Assembly: GCF_001194135.2 (NCBI RefSeq)
Contig: NC_068990.1
Coordinates: forward strand, 84,932,416-84,996,415
Source: Octopus bimaculoides
Lineage: Eukaryota
Length of the DNA stretch: 64,000 bases
Reading direction: 5' to 3'
Shown here: in pieces, positions 54,520-64,000 of the stretch
How the letters are laid out: the number at the start of each line of letters is the position of its first letter
Position numbering within the stretch: the first letter of the stretch is position 1
Notes under the pieces: generated by a model
The model's input: the letters and a program-made list of their open reading frames with translations, nothing else
The model's database searches: none
Told to the model about the DNA's origin: nothing
Made by a program: the position numbers and the translations under genes

Positions 54520-55250
54520 AAGAAGCTCCAACCATTACTATCAGTCTTTTTCTCCCGAGTATTGTGTAACCTAGATTGTCGAGTAAAAGTGTAAATTGTA
54601 GGGATTATGGCTGTTATTGTTAGCAGGTCGATCGACCTCGTAGAGGTTCCCTTATATGCTCTGAAGACAAACTGTAGTTGTTCAGTAACTTATTCTCAAC
54701 ATACTCGTTGAAAGAACAAGTTCTACAAACAAATCTGTCTTTTGGATCACAACCCCAAAAGCCCATTGAACTAATGAACGAAATTTCTTCAAGTGCATCA
54801 ATGCTTCAACAGACTTAGGTTCACCAACATGCTGTTCCCTCTTCAGTGTCTCATCTACTTGTATTATAACAGATTCACGGAACTAGAAAACTTCATCGCT
54901 CCTCCACTCAATTTCAGCCAACTCACCGGTTCCCCCAACTTCTCATCAGCTCGGATCTGTTCAGTTTTGCTCACAGACTTTTTAATTATTACTTTTTTTT
55001 TTAACTAAGCAGTTTAAAACTTCGTATATTAGTGTAATTTCTCACGTTGAACACGGTTTACTTTCAATATTTTTGACAAAATTTCGTATTTTAGAAGTTA
55101 TTTCGTGTTAAGATTGTCGTATTTGGGTAATTTTAACCAATCAACGACGTGTGTTCAGTTGAAGAAAGCTACTGCTGTTTGCGATAGTAATCGAAGAGGA
55201 ACAATTTCCGGATCATCTCTACTAAATGTCACCACTCTGTTCTATTTCAT
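54520..55250 (-). pseudogene. Decayed Merlin/ISXO2 (IS1016-like) DDE transposase
   Basis: Ordered minus-strand remnants HVVDW (55151-55137), IQVDET..KRE.HVG (54864-), QWAFG (54768-54754); stops and frameshifts throughout. Confidence 0.55.
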
Positions 55251-57491
55251 TTTTGTTTACTGCCTGTCTTCTCGCGTCGGAGTAACCAGTAAACATCGAA
55301 GAATCAATCACGGTTGTGGCAATAGCGAAAGAGGCAGTATGGAAGACGAGGATAAAAGGAATTNNNNNNNNNNNNNNNNNNNNNNNNNNNNNNNNNNNNN
55401 NNNNNNNNNNNNNNNNNNNNNNNNNNNNNNNNNNNNNNNNNNNNNNNNNNNNNNNNNNNNNNNNNNNNNNNNNNNNNNNNNNNNNNNNNNNNNNNNNNNN
55501 NNNNNNNNNNNNNNNNNNNNNNNNNNNNNNNNNNNNNNNNNNNNNNNNNNNNNNNNNNNNNNNNNNNNNNNNNNNNNNNNNNNNNNNNTTGTGTTGTCTA
55601 ACGTACTGTTAATATCATTCGATTTGTTATATTTTATATAATTTTTAAAGTCATATTTTATGTAAACCATTCGCATTACTGATCTCAATCAGTTGTTTTG
55701 TACCGTTCTATGTTTAGCCCCCAGTGGGCAATAAAGAAATTGGTATTTCGTCTGCCGTTACGTTCTGAGTTCAAATTCCGCCGAGGTCGACTTTGCCTTT
55801 CATCCTTTCGGGGTCGATACATTAAGTATGAAATCGACTAGTCCCCAACCCCCAAATTTCAGGCCTTGTGCCTTTAGTAGAAAGGATTATTTATACACAC
55901 ACACATGGAGGATTTTCCGTCGGCTTCGACGATGAGGATTCAGTTGTTGAGTTAACTGAATTATCTGCTCATTGAATTAACACCTATGCGGCTGAGCATT
56001 TCACTGTGATGTGTACTCTTGACGTTATTTTCGGATGAACCCAAAGAGGTGGGGGCTGGGGGGCACGTGAACCCCTCAAGAAAAGAAGTGTACCCTTCTA
56101 AATAATGTAATTACGCCCTTTTCTCCTGGATTTGTATTCCCTTCTGACCTTGTGCCCTCCATACGAAAAATTCTTGGGACCGCGCCTGCACATATAAGAG
56201 TACATATATACAGCCATTACTACGTCTATAGTACAATAATGTTTTTACTTTATTTATGGAAGATGTGTGAGTGTTTTATAAAGATAACTGATTAGTGTAC
56301 AGAGGAGTGTTGTGGGAACTAGGTAAGTGGAGAAGACCGCCATGTGTGTTGCAGTTAACTTGGGGTGTTCGATTCACAATCATAAGATCGTGAATTCGAT
56401 TGCTGGACTGTTCTGTGCGTTACTTCCTTGAACAAGGCGCTTTATTTTTCTCATTATTCAAGTCTATTCTGCTGTAAATGAATACCTAATCGACAGCTGG
56501 TGAAGATCTTTCTCCTTTCAACCGTTACATCCTTAATGTTCCGCTGGGTTAACGGTCGAAGGTTGGAGAGAGTGTCGACGTCTACTTGCGACTACACAAA
56601 AGTAGTTAAACCAACTAGTGAAAGCATGGAACATGTTATCAAGTCATGCCAACATGTGTGTGACATTTAAGGTTTATATCTGTATATAGACGTGTAAATG
56701 TTTATAATAAATGGTTTATGTATACGTGTGTAAATGTTTGCTTATGCATGACCTTACGGAAGCAGGCATGACCAAGTGTGCGCGCGTGTATAGGTGTTGT
56801 TTGTTTAAAGTATAAAAGGGAATTTGTTTTTACTTGCGTAGTTAGAGCGAGTTCCATCCAGGGCAGCTCCACAGGCTCCCTCTCCACGGGACAATACACT
56901 CCGTGGAGGCTTATACAACAGACCAAGAAGTGCCGCCTCTATAAAGTCGCCCAGGGCGGACCGCCCCTCTCGTTAACCCCTCTAGCTACTCTACTGCCCT
57001 TTTATGTTTTCTATGTATGACGACGGTCCTGATATATATATATATATAAAATAATATATAGAATGATATATTTCCAAAGAGAGTAAACTTATTTTTGCGT
57101 CTATACGTGTACAATGTATGCTTGTGCATTCTGTATATCTACATGTGGGCCGCTACTGATGTTTGTACGGCGAATGCATGTCAGTTAATTAGAGTGCGGT
57201 TGTATAACTAAGTGGATGGAATCAGTCAAGATTTAACTGAAACATATGTCATGTTCTCGTAAATTCAAAGACTATTTTTCTTCTCTTTTTAGTTGGGTTT
57301 TTTTGTGCGGTTTTGTGGTTTTTTTTTTTTTTTTTGCTTACTTTGGTTTTTCATTTTTTTTATATATCTCAAGTGCTCTATTTTATCTCCAGACAGAATT
57401 TATAGCATAATTTATTTGCTATCCCAGTCTCGTGGCTATATGTGTATGCATGCATATATATATATATATATATATACATATGTGTGTGTGT

Positions 57492-57522
<31 letters not shown>

Positions 57523-59499
57523 CATGTATACGTGTGCTTGTCTAATATGTATGCGAGGGTGTGGGTTTTGTATTGAGTGTGTGTACATATCTATCTCTAT
57601 AAATAAATAAATAATTTACGTTTTTGTGGGGATGGCACTTTTGGGTCTGCTTTATAAGCCTGTATAGTTTCGGGAACCTTGTGGAAAGAACGAACTCAAG
57701 AACTGCCCCGGGTAGCTCACACCTATAGCTATGCTATTGCAAAAAAAAAAAAAATGTCTTTGACCTGGCAGTGCTAAGTGTTTGAGACAACCTCTACAGT
57801 TACGACCAGAGCTGTCAATCAGACCTGTCCAAGATGTGGAGAGAACGACGAATCAGTGATTTGGTCCATTGGAAAAAATTATAACCAACACTACAATTCA
57901 TTGTTCGTGAAAATGTAATAGAAAAAAATAAATAAATAAAAAGCTGTGGTAATGATTAAATCTGTTGCGGTTCTCTCCAAAATATGTGACCTTGTGCCAA
58001 TGTAAGACACCATTATCAATTCTATTACAAGCGAAATTCTGCCTACTTTAATGCTTGCTGACGACATTTTTAATTTCACTGAAATATTCATTTATATTGC
58101 TAAGCACATACATGTCTCATATTTCGAGTCGGTCGGTCGGTTCAACGAAGGCAACATCTGTAAGAGGTCATAAAATAGGACTACTTCTGGCGTAGGAGGT
58201 GGAGGAGGAGGTGCTGAATGTGAAAGCGGTGGTGAGTGTGTGGTAGTGGTGAGTGTGTGGTAGTGGTGGTGGTGTGTGTTTAGAGTGATAGAGAAATGGT
58301 TGTGTGTATGCGTGGAGAAACAGGATGTAGACGATTAAAAAAAAACATAGGAGAAGAGAAGGAAGTAGAGAATTACCAGTGACTAAAAGAAAAAAAAGAA
58401 AGAGAAAACAAGTAGATAAGGAGAGAAAAACAGACTATTCCATCTCATATCAGGTAGGAAATTAGTGTTTTCGTCTTAATCTGACATCTTCATGTGGTTT
58501 ATTGAGATTATGTGTATATATCGTTGACGTTAATTCAGGATGAATTCCATTTTTGATTACTTCAGTCGTAGATTACGCTAACTTGAAAATTTGATAACAA
58601 CGAACTAACAAAGGAGCCTCCAAATGCCAGCAGACGTGAGAGAATGTTTTTAGTACTATGGAGTGAATGGTAAGTATATAAGAAGTTGTTGGGGCGTATC
58701 TGAGAGAAAAATAGTTTTAATTCTAGAAATTCCTTGATATGCAGTTTCTATTAAAGTACTGTTTTGGTCTCGAGGCTTAAATTCTTTACGCGCGCATGCA
58801 CACACGTGCACCGTACCGTGGTGGTAAACTTAATCTGTCGCCCTGTTTAATCTCGCAACTGAGCCGCCAGACTTGATTTTGTTGCAAATATTTAAACTAA
58901 GTTTCCATTTTGAATGTAATTTTCTCCTTTACTGTCACATGTCTAGAAGCCCCTGAACAAAGTCATAGGCGCTGGTGTTCCTCAGCTGACTAAACATTAT
59001 TAAGAAACAATAAAACAGTAAAATGATTAAACGGATGTTGTATAATAGAACAGAGCATTAGTGACGAGGTCGGACGTGTACGGCGAAATACTTCGACACT
59101 TTACAGTGTGTTATTCTTGAACCACCCACTATCTCTCGAAAACAAAAGTGAATATAACAATATTCGGACCCTTTTCGCTTGAATTACAGAGCCCGATTTT
59201 TTAATTTTTTATTTTCTACGCAAATGCAAATTGCATGTTAATTACGAAAATCACATTATTTTTTTTTTATAGACATTAATAAGAAAATTTGCTATGGATC
59301 TTTGAAGACCGAAATTTTAGGTAATTTAAAAAAAATAAGAGGCCTCCATTATGGACATACCGGAAATCACAATTGCCGTGTGTTTCGCGGTAATCAAAGT
59401 TCTCATAGAAAATAAACCAATGCAGACCACGAGGAGCGGCTAGAGTCTGTGAACTCGGAAAATGGGACCAACATGAAACAAGTGGGAAGCACTTGTTAC

Positions 59500-59601
59500 C
59501 TTAAACAAGTAAATGTACGGCGCCGCGAATTTATGTGATGGCGCAGATATGAGAATTTTGACCTCCAGCGAAAAATGTTGCCGTACATCACACAATCTCA
59601 T
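59500..59601 (-). CDS. Possible first coding exon of the sulfatase (MRLCDVRQ...APYIYLFK)
   Basis: In-frame ATG (further ATGs upstream to 59664) and a phase-0 AAG|GTAACA donor compatible with the phase-0 acceptor at 47594; locally CpG-rich. No homology support. Confidence 0.25.
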
Positions 59602-60562
59602 TGTTGATTTGCTTTCTTTCATTTCAGAACGTTTCCTTAGATTTTTCATCTTTGAAGATTTCATTGAATTCTCTTCGTTTATATTTTACTTGCTTCAGAC
59701 ATTGGACTGCGGCCATGCTGAGGCACTGCCCTTAAGGATTCAGTTGAACAAATCGATATCAGTATTTGCATTTTTTCAAAGTCTGGTACTTATTCACTTA
59801 GTCTCTTTTGCCGATATATATATATATATANNNNNNNNNNNNNNNNNNNNNNNNNNNNNNNNNNNNNNNNNNNNNNNNNNNNNNNNNNNNNNNNNNNNNN
59901 NNNNNNNNNNNNNNNNNNNNNNNNNNNNNNNNNNNNNNNNNNNNNNNNNNNNNNNNNNNNNNNNNNNNNNNNNNNNNNNNNNNNNNNNNNNNNNNNNNNN
60001 NNNNNNNNNNNNNNNNNNNNNNNNNNNNNNNNNNNNNNNNNNNNNNNNNNNNNNNNNNNNNNNNNNNNNNNNNNNNNNNNNNNNNNNNNNNNNNNNNNNN
60101 NNNNNNNNNNNNNNNNNNNNNNNNNNNNNNNNNNNNNNNNNNNNNNNNNNNNNNNNNNNNNNNNNNNNNNNNNNNNNNNNNNNNNNNNNNNNNNNNNNNN
60201 NNNNNNNNNNNNNNNNNNNNNNNNNNNNNNNNNNNNNNNNNNNNNNNNNNNNNNNNNNNNNNNNNNNNNNNNNNNNNNNNNNNNNNNNNNNNNNNNNNNN
60301 NNNNNNNNNNNNNNNNNNNNNNNNNNNNNNNNNNNNNNNNNNNNNNNNNNNNNNNNNNNNNNNNNNNNNNNNNNNNNNNNNNNNNNNNNNNNNNNNNNNN
60401 NNNNNNNNNNNNNNNNNNNNNNNNNNNNNNNNNNNNNNNNNNNNNNNNNNNNNNNNNNNNNNNNNNNNNNNNNNNNNNNNNNNNNNNNNNNNNNNNNNNN
60501 NNNNNNNNNNNNNNNNNNNNNNTCTGATTAATGTTAATGTGAAGATTACATTTAGATAGCTG

Positions 60563-60609
<47 letters not shown>

Positions 60610-61991
60610 ATTCATAATGAACACACATATATATATATGCATGTATATAATGACGTGCGCGCGCAGACACACACATACATACATATATACATACAAACAT
60701 ACACATGCACAAACACACACATACACACGTACATACATGCATGTGTATACGTATTTGAATACTATTTGCATTACTATTATTCTTAAAAACTCAAGCCTTT
60801 TTAATCATTGCCCTAAACTTCACATTACCAAGTAATCAAGCAATTTGCTTAAATAAACGGCAACGTGAAACCTAGATTAGCGATTCAAAGAGCTTTCCTA
60901 ATAAGCTCTACTGTATATATTGAATCTTTTATTGCTTGTAAATACAAACAATCACCGATCCGCACACACACGAAGATAATAAAGGAGTCTGCGTATGTGC
61001 GAGTGATTCTGTGTATGTGCGTTGTGTGTATGTAGATGTTGGTGCATAAGATGTACATTGCTATATGATTGCGTGTGTATAGGTGTGAGTGTATATATCA
61101 CATGTGTGTTTGTGTATATACACATGTTGTATATACATGGTATCCAAATCCAATGACAATCAGTGTGGTATATGTCAGTATATCATACATACCGGTCAGT
61201 ATATCAATACAAAAGAATATTTACAAATGCAAATATTGATTGTAAAAGCAGAAATATAATCTACTACATCGAATAACTGAACTATGAAGCAATATATATT
61301 AGCCAGAGAGGAAAACTGATTGTCAGAACGCACGCGAGTACACCAGCAATTTATCTGAGATCCTAATGTCCATCAGATCCCATTAAGCAATCATTTAGAA
61401 ACATACGGCAAGACCATGTTTTTAATATTCCCACTTTACGATTCAAGTAAAGTTAGAAGAGAAAAGAATTTTACTGAGAACCCGTGCTGAATGGGCAGTA
61501 ATATCAAGAAGCCGTAGAATAATATCTATATTGATTTAAATTCAATTTTAATATATAAAAAACTAATAATACAGACAGTGTTATTAATCCAAATTTCCAC
61601 TCTATTTCATTTTAAAATATTTAATGAACGACTACGGTTTGTAGTAATAAATGTTTCTCAACATCTGATTGTAGCTGAATCCTCTCTACATATTTCTGAT
61701 TGGTTTAAATATTTCTTTGAATAAGCGCTATCAATGTCAACTGTATTTTCGCGTTCATCAAACCATGGCGTCTAAGCTGCACACTGATTGGTTAAAATAG
61801 TGTTCGTAAGCTTTAGTCTGCTGGAGCTTATCGGATGGTAAATATAAGAAAAATACAGCCATTTCCCTACAGTTGTCAAATGCGAAGCACATTAGCTGCG
61901 TTTCAGTGTTGCTATTACATAAACATTCACCCGAAGAGTATAGATAAAATTGGAAAGTACTTGTAATACTGTAATATATAATGTTGCCAAA

Positions 61992-62205
61992 GGCGGCGAG
62001 CTGGCAGAAACGTTAGCACGCGGGGCGAAATGCTTAGCGGTATTTCGTCTGTCTTTATGTTCTGAGTTCAAATTCCGCCGAGGTCGACTTTGTTTTTCAT
62101 CCTTTCGGGGTCGATAAATTAAGTACCAGTTGCGTACTGGCGTCGATCTAATCGTCTGGCCCCCTCCCCCAAAATTTCGGGCCTTGTGCCTAGAGTAGAA
62201 AAGAA
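61992..62205 (+). mobile_element. GGCGGCGAGCTGGCAGA tRNA-SINE whose tail is the target of a later MITE insertion
   Basis: The family tail ...GTAGAAAAGAATAT is split by the 62206-62709 element. Confidence 0.88.
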
Positions 62206-62709
62206 GGATCTATTTTAAAACGGGGGCCACAGTTTTCATTAATGTTTTACGTAGTGTTTTTGGTACGGAAAGACTTTCAAACTTCGTATACTTATCTATT
62301 TTGTGTTATAGAACAGAAAAATATTTTTNNNNNNNNNNNNNNNNNNNNNNNNNNNNNNNNNNNNNNNNNNNNNNNGCGATGTAAAGCGTATTTAATCTCC
62401 ATGCCTTCGTTTTATTTGCTTTTTTCATTTTAAATTTGCTTTAACCCTAACCCTAGGGTTAGGGTTAATTGTTTCAGAATCGTTTGTTTATGTAGTCGGC
62501 ACTTAATGTATATCGGCTGAATGGACGTCAGTGATTGGTTGAAATTACAGAAATACGACAACTTTCACATGGAATAACTTATGGATTTCTTTTTTTTTTT
62601 TTAAGAAGACTAAGAGAAAAAGATGTTTTATATGACACATTCTACCAGTGTTCCAAGTTTCAAAGTGTTTCGTTAATGAAAAATGTGGCCCCCGTTTTAA
62701 AAAAGATCC
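62206..62709. mobile_element. Non-autonomous TIR element (Merlin-like MITE) with 8-bp TSD
   Basis: 39-bp TIRs GGATCT(A/T)TTTTAAAACGGGGGCCACA(G/T)TTTTCATTAA(T/C)G; GAAAAGAA duplicated at 62198-62205 and 62710-62717. Confidence 0.88.
62441..62468. repeat. Perfect 28-bp palindrome of telomeric repeats, TTAACCCTAACCCT|AGGGTTAGGGTTAA
   Basis: Read directly from the sequence. Confidence 0.95.
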
Positions 62710-62775
62710 GAAAAGAATATGTAATATTGTCATATAAAATGTGAAAATCGGCCTATGTTGAAATTTGATTGACTA

Positions 62776-62806
<31 letters not shown>

Positions 62807-62984
62807 AGCGTGCGTGTAAGAGCGCACCTCCTGATGTCAGGCTGATGAAGTCCCCTCCAATAGAAGTATTGTGTAACTTTTCATATGAAAAAACTTAAGT
62901 GCTATGGTGGTAGGAACGGAATGGTATCGGAACAATTGCAACTTATGATGTGCTAAATTCATTCTTCGGCTTTCGCACTGGATC

Positions 62985-63047
<63 letters not shown>

Positions 63048-63701
63048 CGTGTATGTGTGCGTACTCACATACACACGCACACAAAATGGTTGACAAAATG
63101 GTGGAATTTAACAGAAACAACGAACCCAATGGAATGGTGGAATTACTGTCAAAAGTTAAAAATAAAAGGCAAATAAAAATACTTTGCAAGCCTGAAATTA
63201 ATTTTATTTGTTGGTTAGAATCAATCTTTTAACACTGAGATTGACACTATTAGGTCATTGTGAATGTGTATGAAGTGGATCGCGATGGGAGGTGGGGGGA
63301 AGAGGTGGGTTTGGGAATAAGTTTTAAACTGTCATGTCTAGATGCAGATAAAAGGATTTGCATGCTTTTGATTGTATATGTGTCCGCGAGTGTATTAGTA
63401 TTTGGGTGTGCTGCTTCTGTGATAGCGCTTATTTCAAAATAAGTGAAATTTTGCAAATTGCATGTGTTGTGTGTGTATGTATGTGTGTGCGTGTGTATGT
63501 GTGAGTACGCGCGCACATGCATATATATTTATGTATACATCATTGTTTATACTGACACACACGCACGCATATTCACGGGGTGTGTGGGGGTGATAAATAA
63601 TGCACAGTAGAGAATGCGAATGTTTAAATTGCTTACGGTTACTCGCATACTTTCGCAAAAGTTATTACACTCTTCCGTGTGTATGTGTGTGCGCGTGTAT
63701 T

Positions 63702-63935
63702 TCTTATTTCTTTATTGCCCACAAGGGGCTAAGCATAGAGGGGACAAACAAGAACAGACAAAGGGATTAAGTCGATTACATCGACCCCAGTGCGTAACTG
63801 GTACTTAGTTTATCGACCCCGAAAGGATGAAAGGCAAAGTCGACCACGGCGGAATTTGAACTCAGAACGTAACGGCAGACGAAATACCGCTAAGCATTTC
63901 GCCCGGCGTGCTAACGTTTCTGCCAGCTCGCCGCC
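63702..63935 (-). mobile_element. Full-length GGCGGCGAGCTGGCAGA tRNA-SINE
   Basis: Reverse complement of the 28322-28523 family copy. Confidence 0.88.
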
Positions 63936-64000
63936 TTGTGCGTGTATTTCTGTCTGTCTATCCGTTCACTGTATGTATGAATGTATGCATGCATGAATAA

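Noticed and set aside
54895-54955. Minus-strand CTGATGA...GAAA resembling a hammerhead
   Set aside because: No stem III/UH triplet or stem I pairing; it lies within the Merlin transposase remnant.
59055-59100. GTGACGAG...GGCGAAATAC hammerhead-like string
   Set aside because: C3 is missing, stem II has only 3 weak pairs and there is no stem I.
61690-61810. CCAAT boxes plus a Kozak-like AACCATGGCG suggesting a gene start on +
   Set aside because: The ATG opens only 11 codons with no donor site; CTGATTGGTT is also common in non-autonomous DNA elements.
62441-62468. True telomere or chromosome-fusion scar
   Set aside because: Only about two repeats per side, and they are embedded in a TIR/TSD-bounded element; kept as a transposon-borne motif instead.
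62842-62945. CTGATGAAGTCC motif downstream of the MITE
   Set aside because: I could not find a matching stem II partner followed by GAAA.

Overview
AT-rich, repeat-dense animal genomic DNA with eight N-gaps and many microsatellites. I infer an octopus/coleoid cephalopod from the SINE families; this is not proven. I assembled two convergent multi-exon genes by hand from GT-AG boundaries and codon phase. (1) FIGNL1, a fidgetin-like AAA+ ATPase on +, with 16 visible coding exons from 377 to 16219. Its 5' end lies left of the window, and one ~100-nt exon is missing, probably in the 14747-15174 gap. (2) An arylsulfatase B-like secreted sulfatase on -, with 8 in-frame exons from 47594 to 21060 (505 aa plus stop) and an intact CTPSR motif; the start-Met exon is not certain. 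The rest is tRNA-derived SINEs, RTE-tail retroposons, Tc1/mariner and pogo-like MITEs, LINE remnants, a decayed Merlin/ISXO2-type transposase and a Merlin-like MITE carrying a head-to-head telomeric palindrome. The most unusual signal is four type I hammerhead-ribozyme folds from three unrelated sequence families. They include a tRNA-headed SINE with a Penelope-style hammerhead tail and inverted 5' segments, and an extended hammerhead lying sense in the last sulfatase intron. All coordinates were read by eye; no database searches or folding programs were run.
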